From Tubulanus polymorphus (Eukaryota; Animalia; Nemertea): a stretch of 64,000 nucleotides of DNA. This document shows, piece after piece, positions 1-15,834 of this stretch; positions within the stretch are counted from its first letter, which is position 1, and each line of letters begins with the position of its first letter. Below the pieces are notes generated by a model. The model ran no database searches. It worked only from the letters and a program-made list of their open reading frames with translations, and was not told the origin of the DNA. A program made the position numbers and the translations under genes. Location of the stretch: contig NC_134029.1 of the NCBI RefSeq assembly GCF_964204645.1, positions 24,768,534-24,832,533 on the forward strand. The letters run 5' to 3'.

Positions 1-658
1 GCTTCATCAAGTAAGATTACTTTTAATAACTAATTGTAGCTTAATTCATTAATTCAAAGCTTATCGTTCAGCAAAAGAAATTTGGGGCAGAGCAGATAAA
101 TACATAAGATCAATACCAAGAAAATAGCAGAATTTGAATTATTAATTAGTTTGAATTATTATCATTGTCCTCGTCGTCACTTCTCAAATATAATGACCTT
201 CGATTTACCATAATTGATATACCTATAATCGCCATTTAGAGGCAATGTTTATGTTGCAACCTTTCTTGCTAAATATTGTGTAATTCACTTGGACTCGGAC
301 CAGCAACACAGTATGTCATCTGCGTTTAAAAGAATTAGTAATTTAAACCACGGACTGGTCATTAATGCCCTCGCGGTCCTCATCTATGAGACAATTCTCC
401 ATATATCATTCACAGTTGGATATTTGAGGCAATAATTTTTGGTAATCATTTTTGAGAGCATGTGCACTTCGTCACATCCGGCTTAGATTGAAATTCAATT
501 ATCGATATATTCAAATTCAAATCCACTTTATTGATTCTTTATATGATACAAATTATATCGTTCATTGTCGACGATATTAAGCAAAGTATTTGTATTTTTC
601 AAGTCGTCAATAAACTTTCAATTTAGTTTTATTTTCTTTTTATTTGTTTCTAATACAG

Positions 659-3600
659 TGATCGCGTCCTGGGGCAAACCTGTCATTCATCAGGGCAATT
701 TCTGGTTCGGAGACTTCGACAAATGTTTGAAATCATCGGACAGCGCGCGATATTGTTTGGCGAATCAGAAAAAATCAATAGTTGAGTATATAGTTCATAT
801 CGAATAGGCCTAATTCTTATTAAAATTGGAAAGAATGTTCCTTTTTTATATGCTAATCTAGTAAGAGAAGAAATATAAAATTTTTCAAATTCAGTTTGTC
901 AATTATTTTTTACTACAGGTATCAATCGATCAGTTCTATGGGATGTGTCTACCCGATACATGCGGTGACAGTGACAACCTCAAAATCGTAACCAGCGGTA
1001 ATTTACTTTCTACAAACCCTGCGTCCAGTTTCACAAACTCTTAAATCGATTTAACTTCTTTAATTAAAATCAGCTGCTGAAATAAGTTCCTATCAGGTCA
1101 TTTCATTCGTCTTGTCAAAATCTGTTTCTTTTACAAAATCTAACTATGGTGTCAGATGTTTTACACTTTGCGGACCGATGTTTTAGAGTGTTTTTACCCG
1201 ATAGTTTAGAAATATTGAAAATTTTACCCATTTTAGATTAGTTTTTAAAACCTATCTTTATTCAATGTTATGGTTCTAGCCACACTTTTAGCTTCAGTAA
1301 TGTAAGTGTTTTATTGAATAAGGTACCAAATATGGTAGATCATAATAAAAGTCAAAATCATAGGGGTTGATATTTTTTATGAAACTGGACATCTAGGACC
1401 CAGTTTTATAGACGCACTCGATTCAATTCGACTCATTTAATTTTCGATTGAACTGGATATTGATTTATCTAATTCTGAAAACCGTTTGATGATTAAGCAG
1501 CTCAATAATCCATCAATTTTCTGAGATTATCAAAATATTAAAAACTATATATTATGATTGATAATTTCAGCTCTAAAATCTAGCGGGTTTACTGATAATC
1601 TCTTACCAGCCTCATCTACGTGTAAACGCAGTATTCCAAAATTATCTACAGAATCTACATATGTATTGTAAGTAAAATTTATAATCAGTGTTTATTTATT
1701 TGTTTATCTATTTCTATAAGTTTCCTCTTGGTCCAACGATGAAAACCTCCAATTACACGAATTCCAATAAAACTTTGCAACATGAAATGTTTGAAAATTT
1801 AAAATATTCTTAATATCACGGGATCATCTGTTAGGTTGTACGCCACAAGGTCACTTCTATTCTTGGTCCCAATTCATACTTCTTAGGCCTATTCGATGTG
1901 TCATTAAACAATAAGTCATCACATAACTGAAGTCGTATTAATTATTTATTCCCAATTCCACTAAACAAGTAAATGTCGCCCACACTAGTGATCATCCGAA
2001 ATATGATACGAAATAAAAATGATTTTCATGAATTTTCAGGGCAGCTTTTAGTTTCTATTTGTTTATGATCGCAATAGCTACAGTAGTTGATGTTGTGTGG
2101 AAATATAGAGATAAAAAGTTTAGCCAATCAGATCGACTAGTCGCCGGTGATGATGGAGAAATGAAGAAAAACACAGGAATCAAAAACAAATACATGACGG
2201 GTAAATAATTGTGGAGAATCTTTTTCTAGGATCGAATCATTAGATATTTTGATTAATTTTCACATAGTTCAGTTATCGTTGGTTAACGAGTCTCCTATCA
2301 TTCCACTATAAATACCTATTTGATTATGGAGAGATTGGACTATTTTCGAAAGTTTTAGAAGACCGTACAAACCGCAACAACTACATGTAGTATAAGTATC
2401 CCTAATTTAAGAAAATGTATGAATCGTTTCACATCACGGGACCCGAGCATCTTAGGGAAGCTCTTGGGATAAAAAAGGCATATACCGATCATGTAGCTCT
2501 GAAGTCGCTCTAATTGTATAAATGTAAACTGGTTATTTTTGGTATTCTGTGGTGCTCGAAAAATTGTATAATTTATCGGGGAGCAATGAAATTAAATCTG
2601 AATCTATTAGACAACACCAGATTTAACATGATTTAACATGTCATAATAAAAACGTCGTAAATGTTCAAACTGCTAATGATCACCTGATGTAACCGAAACG
2701 GTCTCAATCAGCTTTTGTGAATTTCTGAACTTTTATTCAACGTTCAGGCGATTCGGAAACACACTGTAACGAGCATTATTTTTTGTTTTACAGCTCGTGA
2801 ATTTATGATAACATTTTCCGCTTATTCAAATATAAAGAAACTATTATCATTTGAAACTCCGGCCGCGAGTTTGAATACTTTAAACGGTATTAGATTCTTT
2901 AGTATGTGTTGGATTATACTAGGACATACAGTCAGCTGGTTCGTCGAAAAAGTACCAATCAGTGAGTCGGAAAATTATATAAAAATCATAATAATAATCT
3001 CTTAATTAATTTCATATGATCTGTTGTTACAATGTGTTCTTCTTTAATTTTCAAATTATTTTCAAGGTAATCTTATCTGGCATAGTGACAACATATCGAG
3101 TTGGATATTTCAAACTATCATGACGTTTCATATACCAGTAGAATCGTTCTATTATTTAAGGTGAATATCAGATAATTCTATAAAATTCATCGAGATATAG
3201 CTTTTTATCAGAATGTTTTATGTTAGTTTAACACCTGACTGATCACTGGTCACCGCACCGATCTAGCAAACTTATAAACGAGGTCAAACACTCCGGGTCT
3301 ATGGTCTAGGGGTTAGCATGCCCGGCTGGTGTGCTGGAGGTCTGAAGTTCGAGTCCTACCAGAGTCAAGGCTGTGCTAGGGTTAGGGTTACTGCCGAGCT
3401 AGGGTTAGGGTTAGGGCTCTGCTAGGGTTAGGGTTACTGTGGATCAGCTATTATGTTTAGCATGTGGGATGTACGTCAGCACTTTTTGTGCAGTCTGCAC
3501 TTGTATATTTTACTTTGATATATTTTTCTCTATATTTTCAGTGGTTTATTATTAATGTATTTATCAATGAAACAACTGAATAAAGTGAACGGTCCCAGAA

Positions 3601-6552
3601 ACGTCAACTGGTTCATGTTTTACATTCATAGGATTTGGAGGTAAATTACCCAGCATGCACCTTTATTCCTCGAATCGATCCACTTCCGGTTGTCACTAAC
3701 ATATTTTGAGGCGGTTATTTTTCAATCAAACTCTTTGAAACCGTTTCGAGCATGCATTAGATTTAGTTTTTTTCCTAGATTGACCCCGGCTTACATGGCG
3801 CTGTTGGTCGGCACAACGTTTCTCAGTCGATATTTCGGCGATGGACCGTTGTATCCGAACGTTGATGGACTGTCACCCGGGTGTAGAAAAACGTGGTGGT
3901 CACATTTATTATACATTAATAATGTAGTTGAACCCGGAATCAATGATGTAAGTTCCACACAGAAATAGCGCAGTCAATTCAATCTAACTCAAATATTGTC
4001 ACTCATTGGTTGGGAGTCAATTCCCGACCGAAAACCGTTGAACTACAAGTTCAACATCCGTGTAGCGACTACAGCGGTGAAAGCCGCGGCAATAATTCAC
4101 TGAATGACGTCTTTTCTTTCTCCGTATATCATGTTTTTGACGAAATTGAAGTAAATTCGCTGACGGCAATATTTAGAACCTGTCAAAAATCGGCAATTGA
4201 CCGCAGCAATCAAAAATTGCTTCCAACGCACCTGACTAGTCATCGAGTCATTGATTATGGTAATATTTTTTCGAGTAATAAATTAAATCAGAATTTAAAC
4301 TGTTTTTTTTTCAGTGTGTCGGTTGGACTTGGTTCATGGCGAATGACATGCAATACTACATCATTTCTCCGTTACCAATTTTAGCATTTTACAAGTAAAT
4401 TTCTCTCAAATCGTGGATCGTCAATTTTGATTCCAAATTTACAAGTTTAAAATCATGTGATATAGAAATATTTAATACGAATTGCTATTGGTCATAGATG
4501 CAGTTTCATCTCGTAAATTTTAAAAAAATGTTGTTTATCTTGAATCGACAGGTGTTGGTGGGCGGGACTTATCGTCGTAATTATGCTATGTTTGATTGAT
4601 TTTATATCTGTTGGACTCGTAACTAAGATGGGTATGATGACTCCACAATCCCCAGGACCGAAGTAAGTAAACACTGAGTGACGATAGAAGGGGGCAACTC
4701 CCACTCCCTGGTTAAAAGGGGGCCACCCAAATTCCTCGTTTTTCGGGGGGGGGAGCCAAACTCCTAGCACGGTTAAACGATTTTACTCAGAGACACAGGT
4801 ATCAGGGGCTAGTATCAACTTCAACCGATTTTGGTGCACTTTCAAAGTCAAAAGAAAATTTACTGCATTCAGATGTAATATTCAGACAATAAAGATGAAA
4901 CCCTGAATGATCGATGGTGTCTTTCTGCTGAAAATTATCTGCCTCTTTTAAAAATGTACCTTTTTCTAATATTTGGGATTGTGAAATTTCTCTTTACAGG
5001 TTTCTTTCTGCGGTATATTTAGCTCCTTTTCACCACGTGGCCGCGTACGGTATAGGTCTGGCTACAGGTTACTATCTATATAGGGCTAAAAACGGCGCTG
5101 GTTTTAAAATACATAAGGTAAACCGCGAGTAACACTATTGATGAAAACTATTGATGAAAAAAATGTTTGATGGTATTATAATATTTTTGTAGGTTTTAGT
5201 TGCTGTGTTATGGATTTTGACGGTACTGTTTCTATATCTACCCGTATTCGGGCTATACACTCAGTTCCAACCGCTTTATTATCTGAATCCGATGCCGCTC
5301 AGTCTGGGCAATGCGTACTATACGTTAGGTGGTGCCACCTGGTGTCTGGGTTTGAGTTGGTTAACGATCGCCTGTGAGACAGGTTACGGGGGTAAGTACC
5401 ACATTTAACAATTGATCGCCGTATATTTTGTTTGAATTTACGATTACGATTTACTTTTTGTGGAGAAAAAAAATCATATCATATCATATCATATCATATC
5501 ATATCATATCATATCATATCATATCATATCATATCATATCATATCATATCATATCATATCATATCATATCATCAATTGAAAAAGAAATTAAAACGATCTG
5601 GGTGATAGTTTCTGAACAGTTAGTTGAAGTTGATCTCAATTATCCCACTGGTTTAACTAAGAATGACATCCAGAATAATAAATGATTTCACTTTTTTAAA
5701 GGATTGATCAAGTCGTTTTTGAGTTGGCGCGGTTTCCATGTTTTCAGTAAACTGACGTATAGCGCCTATTTACTGCACCCTATTGTCATTTTGATAAACT
5801 ACAATTCCCAACGCGCACCTGTTTATGCCTCGCATACATATATCGTAAGTATTGTTAACACATTTTATACAAATCGATATTCATCGATATAAGCCGCGAT
5901 CACACGTGCATTTTTTGCCACGGGCCAAATTTGGCCCGGAACAACTGTTCACACGGGTGCCAAATAGGCCCAAGCCTGTTTGGCCTGGGCCAGATTTTGC
6001 CCGAGCCTAATTTTAGCACCAGACAAATGATTGCGTTTGAATTGCAACTGGCACCGGAAATGATCCACTTCGCTTTGTTTGAGCATTGTTTAGTATCGAG
6101 TGAATGATTTGCGTGTGAACGCGCTCTCTAATCAGGTACGGACCAAATTTGGCCCGAGCCTGATCCGTGCCATTTTGGTCTCCGTGTGATCGCGGCTATA
6201 ATATTCATATTTTCAGGAGTTCAATTTGAAACTGGGTCCTATTGAGGATTTTTTGGGATAACTTTGCTAATCGTGATTTGTTTGTTTTTTCCTCCAGGCG
6301 ATCACGTTTATGGGTCACTTGTTGACCACGTATCTGTTATCAATGCTGTTCTCTTTGGCGTTTGAATCGCCGTCACAAGGTCTCGAATCCGGTCTTAGGC
6401 GTCTTTTAGGAACTCGTTGCACTTGTCAACGAAACACTCCAGAAGTTCGAGCCGAATGTAAAGAAAATGGTGCCATTAAATCAGAATATCAGCAGCAGAC
6501 CGGAACAGATCGAGCTGAGGTTGAACCAAGTGTTCAAATCACAAAAATGTAA
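659..6552 (+). CDS. Nose-resistant-to-fluoxetine-6 / O-acyltransferase-like membrane protein (NRF + acyltransferase-3 domains), ~14 exons, 5' end not identified
   Basis: Exon peptides IASWGKP..GNFWFGDFDKCL (NRF domain), LNGIRFFSMCWIILGH, HRIWRLTPAY, WWSHLLYINN, WTWFMANDMQYY, FLSWRGFHVFSKLTYSAYLLHP, FESP; GT-AG junctions; stop at 6550-6552. Confidence 0.88.
1020..1391. mobile_element. Putative MITE in intron
   Basis: Imperfect terminal inverted repeats GTCCAGTTTCACAAA ... TTTATGAAACTGGAC around a non-coding AT-rich interior. Confidence 0.45.
3294..3438 (+). mobile_element. tRNA-derived (SINE-like) head followed by interstitial TTAGGG repeats
   Basis: A-box-like TGGTCTAGGGG and B-box-like GTTCGAGTCC, then three blocks of CTAGGGTTAGGGTTA; no complete cloverleaf. 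Confidence 0.55.
5473..5571. repeat. (ATATC)n microsatellite
   Basis: Perfect pentanucleotide run in intron. Confidence 0.97.
5892..6197. mobile_element. MITE (possibly PIF/Harbinger-type)
   Basis: 15-bp TIR AGCCGCGATCACACG / CGTGTGATCGCGGCT, internal GGGCCAAATTTGGCCC-like sub-repeats, AT-rich flanks. Confidence 0.75.
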
Positions 6553-7477
6553 ATCTATTTAAGTTTTGATAACTTACCATACAAACATCTGTGATATTGA
6601 TAGATCGAGAGAGGTGAACATTTTACAGTCTGGGAGGGAGGGAGGGGGGAGGGAAGGGGGAGGGAGGGGGGAGGGGGTGGGCAGTTTATTCATAACTCGC
6701 AGTACGCAACGGTGACAAGTTTAGTAGTACAAATCACTAGTAAATGACAATACGAAAAATTTGTTTAAACGATGAAATGTTCGGTCCCTTTTAGTAAATG
6801 AATGCGGTTAGATTGCTCGTGTCAGTCTAGTGCCTACTGTTGTTTTTTCCATTGTTATACTCATTCAGGATGAAGCCTCTATAGCGAGAGCACGGCGTCC
6901 CGACCATTCATGATAACTTCGAGTCCTCCGATTTTGATTCTTGAATAAATAAATGCTGCTTTTCACCAAATGTTGCTTTTTATCAGTTTATATCTGTGTA
7001 TATATTGCGCTTTAATGGCTTAGATGGAATTTCCGGCATAGATCTTCATCACTAGAATCATCTTTGAAACACCGGGCGCCAAAAATACGAACTACAACCC
7101 GGTATATAATCAAAACCCGGTGTAAGGGCTCCTCGGGGGGTCTGACCCCAACATATTTTAAAAAACTGTTAAAAATTATTCAAAAATCATTTAGTAAATA
7201 CTAAAAGGTCAAAATATCTGTAAACTTTCAGAGAAGATAGAACACTATTCATGGGCTACGCCGAGTCCGGTGACCTGTTGTTGCCCGGTACCAAGGCTTC
7301 TTGGGGATCGCCCCCAAACACTTTCAAAAATATTGTTTCAGAATTAATAAATAAAATACGAAACGGTCATCAATGTGTCTGAAACGTTCAGGGAATATGA
7401 CCTAGTCAAACAATTGAATGAGTAATTGTTTCTGTAGTGTGTAATGGTATCATTCACAAACGAATGTTACAGGCCGC

Positions 7478-7596
7478 TAGCCATCTCGTGCCCCTGGGGA
7501 ATAGCCATCTCGTGCCCCTGGGGTATAGCCATCTCGTGCCCCTGGGGAATAGCCATCTCGTGCCCCTGGGGAATAGCCATCTCGTGCCCCTGGGGA
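7478..7596. repeat. 30-bp minisatellite, ~4 copies
   Basis: Unit TAGCCATCTCGTGCCCCTGGGGAA-like. Confidence 0.93.
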
Positions 7597-7947
7597 TCTT
7601 GTTGTTTATTATTTGTGAAGGTTTCGCTCGAAAACTATAACAAATACACAGAATAAAAGACATCACTTAGTATTATACAGAAAGAGAATTGTAATTGATG
7701 AATTCTTTTTAGAGATAAAATCCATCGCGCTTCAGGTTCCAACACGGAACCTATTGCGCTTGGTGCTTTATCTCGAGGAAGCTATATCTAAGTATTCAAT
7801 CAACACTTCATTGAAAAAAAAGGAACAGAAATAAACAGTAATGAACTCAACTTTTCCCAGCAGCAATAAAAAGACACAATCCTTGTCCACTGGATGATGC
7901 AGTAATAAAGGAAAAAACGTGAAGATGATGCGCGACCACGGTCCAGT

Positions 7948-8027
7948 ATAACCCTACCCCAGCCCGGCTGAGGGTCGAACTCGGGTCCCTCAAGTATAAA
8001 CCCGGGGAGTTTACCACTAGACCATAG
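7948..8027 (-). mobile_element. tRNA-derived head related to 3294 element
   Basis: Minus strand CTATGGTCTAGTGGTAAA...GAGTTCGACCC followed by GGGGTAGGGTTA. Confidence 0.45.
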
Positions 8028-8068
8028 AAAACTGATAGATACTTAGACTTGTAAGTTCAACTAAGTAT

Positions 8069-8643
8069 GTTTATTCAGCAGGCCAACACTAGGGTTACTA
8101 CGTTTATTCAGCAGGCCAACACTAGGGTTTCTGCGTTTATTCAGCAGGCCAACACTAGGGTTTCTGCGTTTATTCACCAGGCCAACACTAGGGTTTCTGC
8201 GTTTATTCACCAGGCCAAAACTAGGATTTCTGCGTTTATTCACCAGGCCAACACTAGGGTTTCTGCGTTTATTCACCAGGCCAACACTAGGGTTTCTGCG
8301 TTTATTCAGCAGGCCAACACTAGGGTTTCTGCGTTTATTCACCAGGCCAAAACTAGGGTTTCTGCGTTTATTCACCAGGCCAACACTAGGGTTTCTGCGT
8401 TTATTCACCAGGCCAAAACTAGGGTTTCTGCGTTTATTCACCAGGCCAACACTAGGGTTTCTGCGTTTATTCACCAGGGTTTCTGCGTTTATTCACCAGG
8501 CCAAAACTAGGGTTTCTGCGTTTATTCACCAGGCCAACACTAGGGTTTCTACGTTTATTCAGCAGGCCAACACTAGGGTTACTACGATTATTCACCACGC
8601 CAACACTAGGGTTTCTGCGTTTGTTCACCAGGCCAACACTAGG
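8069..8643. repeat. Minisatellite (33-bp unit, 11-aa period in ORF track)
   Basis: Unit GTTTATTCACCAGGCCAACACTAGGGTTTCTGC repeated ~17 times. Confidence 0.95.
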
Positions 8644-9286
8644 GACGAACAGAGTGACTACGGTGACTGTTTTTTGTGTACCGAGATTATCCAATCAAAA
8701 TTATTTCTACTCAAAACTGGAACAAGTTTTTTATAACCTTCACATTCAATAATTTATTTTTCCAACATAAATTAAAGGTTTAAATACAACAATCGTTGAA
8801 TCAATGAATACTTTACAATATTGTCACGATATAAAACATTACTGGCCAGCCCTGTTTCCTGCCTGTTTCCACTGGCTGGCCCTGTTTCCACTGGCTAGCC
8901 CTGTTTCCTGCCTGTTTCCACTGGTTGGTCCTGTTTCCACTGGCTAGCCCTGTTTCCTGCCGATACAACTGGTCGCCCAGTTAGGACTGGACAATTGAAT
9001 TTCACAATTTAGTTGGACTCAAAATTAGAATTGTTTGCTCGTGGGGCTAAGCCATACTGATACAGATTGAATATTGTAGTTAGTTAAGGAGGGGAAGGGG
9101 TTACTGTTGAGACATGTGCGAGACCGATCAGAACTCCACAATAAATCATCGTTCAAACATTGTTTAACAACAACACAATCAATCAATCAATCACAATATA
9201 TCAACAATATACTACAATTACACTGTATTGTATTACACTGTATGGCCATTGCTCAATGACAGGTTTAATTCATGTTGACTATTAGC

Positions 9287-9706
9287 AGGCTGCCCGCGCT
9301 ACGAGGCTGCCCGACATGCTGCCCGTACCCGCGCTATGAGACTACCCGAGATGCTGCCCGTGCCCGCGCTACGAGGCTGCCCGACATGCTGCCCGTGCCC
9401 GCGCTACGAGGCTGCCCGAGATGCTGCCCGTACCCGCGCTATGAGACTACCCGAGATGCTGCCCGTGCCCGCGCTACGAGGCTGCCCGAGATGCTGCCCG
9501 TGCCCGCGCTACGAGGCTGCCCGACATGCTGCCCGTGCCCGCGCTACGAGGCTGCCCGAGATGCTGCCCGTGCCCGCGCTACGAGGCTGCCCGTGCCCGC
9601 GCTACGAGGCTGCCCGAGATGCTGCCCGTGCCCGCACTACGAGGCTGCCCGAGATGCTGCCCGTGCCCGCGCTACGAGGCTGCCCGAGATGCTGCCCGTG
9701 CCCGCG

Positions 9707-9715
<9 letters not shown>
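9287..9715. repeat. 35-bp GC-rich minisatellite overlapping the PGGT1B stop codon
   Basis: Unit ACGAGGCTGCCCGAGATGCTGCCCGTGCCCGCGCT, ~12 copies. Confidence 0.95.
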
Positions 9716-12127
<2,412 letters not shown>

Positions 12128-12967
12128 TGTGGTCTCTTCACTGCTGCTGCTGCTGCTGCTGCTGCGTACCTCCCGGGGCCGTGGTTTACCAATCTCTTCA
12201 CTACAGCTGCTGCTGATAATAGTAAACCATCATTAGTATTATATATCAAGTTGTAGCCACCTAGCCTACTGACGGGTGACGGGCGACGGGCTAGCCTAAT
12301 GTGTGGTGTGTGTGGCAGGCTTCGTGTAGGCCCTTTATTTATGTGTCGCACATTCCTAATAATAGACAAAGTGACCTGAGGGTGTAGAATATGGTACCCA
12401 TGACCTGTACTCTACATAGACAATCTCTTTCAATATTCACTATCCAGTTCCTCAACAATTAATTGAAACGATAATAAAGGCCTTATTGATTGAATTTGAC
12501 TTTGTTTTAGCTGATTCCGTATGAATGTTCTTGATTTATTTTGCGTCTACTTTTTACCTTTGAATTAATCCTTAGACAAACTCATCAAATAATTACAGTT
12601 TTTGCTCAGATTTTGACGAAATTAAGGATTGATTTGATCATGATTTGATGCAGCTTATTGCGGCGCTGATATCCTCCGCGGCGGGTATCTCGCTTGACAG
12701 CGCAGAGTCCTCCGCGGCTGGCGGCATCAAAATAAAATACAATATCAATTTATTAACTCATAAAACAATCAATCTTCTTCTTCTTCTTCGATGACATCAC
12801 CAACGCCGCTATCTTATATCTCAACTATTAGTAGTAAAGTGATCTATAACGTCAAATCTTTGATGAAAAAATTGTTAATTTTGAAGGTTACTGTGAGGGA
12901 TGTGATTTAGTCATCCCTCCTCTGGTATCAATCACTTCCGGGTTCGGTTTTTGACAGCTGAAAAAAT

Positions 12968-15498
12968 ATGCATCAAATCGAAGTGAATGGAGTTTTACAA
13001 CGAGGAACGATTTATTTAGCGGGAGAAACGATAGAGTGTGTTATAACATTCTCTAATAGAGGAAATCCAATACCATTTCACGGGTCACCTAGACCTAGAT
13101 CGTTGGCTGAGAAATACAGGTTTGTTGTTTCCCCTCCACAACTCAAACTGGAGCCCCTGGTCACCTAGATCTAAAGCTCACTGGCTGATCAGGCAAATCA
13201 ACCCCTTTCATCATCGAGTCAATCTCCCGATCTAAATAGGCGGTTCCATGACATTTGAAAAGGGGGTGCGCATTTCTGACAGATCTCCCTTTAACTGGTG
13301 ATCCTCATTCCCCCTAATAAGATTGCCCCTGTTAAATGTTATCGGTTGTTAAAGATGATGTGTTTATTTGACAGGGCTGAAACGTTGGCGTGGGCAAGTG
13401 CACAAATACACTGTCAGAGAACAATCAGTGAATCAAGGGTGAATTTACCCACAGCACCTGCAATAACACCTACTGGTGGTACCAGCAGCAGCAGCAGCAG
13501 TGGTATCACAGGTACTGATTCACAGACAATCGTTGAAACTTCAAAATCAAGGTATGAAAATACAGTAAACTCTTAAATCTAAATACAGTAAACTCTTAAA
13601 TCTAAATACAGTAAACTCTTGTATCCAAATACAGTAAACTCTTAAATCTAAATACAATAAACTCTTGTATCCAAATACAGTAAACTCTTAAATCTAAATA
13701 CAGTAAACTTAAATCTAAATACATTAAACTCTTAAATCTAAATACATTAATTTCTTAAATCTAAATACAGTAAACTCTTTAATCTAAAAACAGTAAACTC
13801 TTGTATCTAAATACAGTAAACTCTTGTATCCAAATACAGTAAACTCTTAAATCTAAATACAATAAACTCTTGTATCTAAATACAATAAACTCTTAAATCT
13901 ACATACAGTAAACTCTTGTATCTAAATACAGTAAACTCTTAAATCTAAATACAATAAACTCTTGTATCTAAATACAGTAAACTCTTGTATCTAAATACAG
14001 TAAACTCTTAAATCTAAATACAATAAACTCTCGTATCTAAATACAGTAAACTCTTAAATCTAAATACAATAAACTCTTATATCTAAATAGGCCTACAGTA
14101 AACATTAGTTCGAGACGATGTATGGATTTTAATGATGTATAAATGTTTCAGGTGAAAGAGGGACGACTGTTTTATCAACGAAACCGAAGATTTTATTCTG
14201 TGATCTGTCGTTACGACCTGGTGAATCGAAATCATTCATCTACCGAGAAACGATACCCAGTGAAGCGCCACCTACATTTAAAGGACAAGCCGTGAAATAC
14301 GCGTATAAACTAACAATCGGAACCCAGCGAGTCGAAACACCGACCAAACTATTACGCATCCCGTTCCGTGTTTTAGTGTTACACGGATTAAATGATATAA
14401 GCGTTTATACGACGGGAGATGGAGGTGAAATATCTCCGACAAATCCATTTCAAATCACGCGTAAACCAGAGAATACAATCTGCGATATCGCTCTTCAGGT
14501 GCTATCTACAGTTACCGCTCGTAAACAACCCAGTAAGTACCGGCGCGTACCACCAGGGGGCGTGTCACACAGTCTCCAATAGATATCAGCTACTGTCAGT
14601 TTTTGGTATAGTTTTCATCGATGATTAATTTACTCGAAGAGAAAAGTTCATTCAGTACCAGCTGCGCCACCTGGTGGATCCTCACTTACCGCAGTAGCAG
14701 TGCCTGGTAATATATCCCTGTTTATCTCGTTTAAGCTAAAGTTGTTTCATTTCCGTAATATTTCAGATTTCTATAACGTCACTAATTCTAAAGGAAAAGT
14801 CGCTCGATTCTGTCTGTTTAAACAAGCTTATAAACTCGGAGAGGATATCATCGGAACTTTCGATTTCTCTGATGTAGATATTCCTTGTGTTCAGGTAGAT
14901 TATCAACCATTTAGCCCCACTCCCCCTGAGCCCCATCCCCCCCTCCTGAGGGGTGAGACACGAGTGAGATACCCCTGTGTTAAAGTATATTATATGTATT
15001 TGCAGTATTCAGTAACTCTACAGAGTGAAGAGATTGTTTCTGAAGAATGTCGACACCGACCGGCGCAGGGCTCAAATATATTAAATCACACTAAACATCA
15101 TCAGTTCTGTTTACATCATAAAAAGACACATATGACTTTACCAATCCCGCTGTCAGTTACACCTGGATTTATAACAGATATAGGTAAATATATCCTTCTT
15201 CCCCCGCCCTGCCGTGTACTGCCCTGCCCTGCCCTGCCGTGCCCAGCCGCTGATTGTTGTAATGATTGTTTCAGTTTGTTTAAGATGGAGACTTCATTTC
15301 GAGTTCATCACTTCGTGTAATAAGATAGCGGACCACGCCGCACCGAGTGAACCTTCGGAGAGCTCCACCTGGCGAGGACCGGAGAAACTAGAAGTGGAAA
15401 CAATGATCTGGGACATGCCCGTAAAGATATTCGCTACTAATCCTCTTTTATCAAACGGTGCTTCTCTATTGAGGAATAGTAGTTGTATGAATGTATAA
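12968..15498 (+). CDS. RGP1: RAB6A-GEF complex partner RGP1, ~6 exons
   Basis: YLAGETIECVITFSN, ETLAWASAQIHCQ, PKILFCDLSLRPGESKSF, YAYKLTIGTQR, YKLGEDIIGTFDF, LRWRLHFEFITS, ETMIWDMPVKI. Confidence 0.93.
13558..14102. repeat. 23-bp AT-rich intronic minisatellite
   Basis: Unit AAATACAGTAAACTCTTAAATCT, ~23 copies beginning just after the donor site. Confidence 0.95.
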
Positions 15499-15834
15499 GA
15501 GTTGTCTGTCTCTAGTCTCAGTATCTGTGTGTGTTTTAGTTGTTGTATGAAATGCGCGATGGTTTCATGTTGAGGATCGAAATTATATTTTATTTCATGT
15601 AGATAATAAATATACATTTATTCAATAAAGATGGAGGTAATTTGAATGAGAGATTATTTTGTTTTATTGTCAATGTCTTGATCAGAGGAGCTGGAGAGTA
15701 GCGTGAGGATCAGTGGAGGAGGATGGATGGAGAGAATAAAGGGGAGGAGCAGGAGGATGAGTGGAGGAGGATGGAGAGAAGGATAGAGAGGAGAAAGGAG
15801 ATGAGCAGGAGGATGGAGGTGCTGCCAATAAGCT

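Noticed and set aside
2684-2703. CTGATG...GAAAC hammerhead-like fragment
   Set aside because: Core box incomplete and no stem II.
3294-3368. Functional tRNA gene
   Set aside because: A and B boxes are present, but acceptor and anticodon stems do not pair and there is no oligo-T terminator.
6631-6682. G-quadruplex-capable G-rich tract
   Set aside because: Similar low-complexity G/C runs recur (20709, 43130, 63584); no evidence of a specific function.
8061-8694. Repetitive ORFs on both strands
   Set aside because: Translations of a minisatellite whose unit length is a multiple of three.
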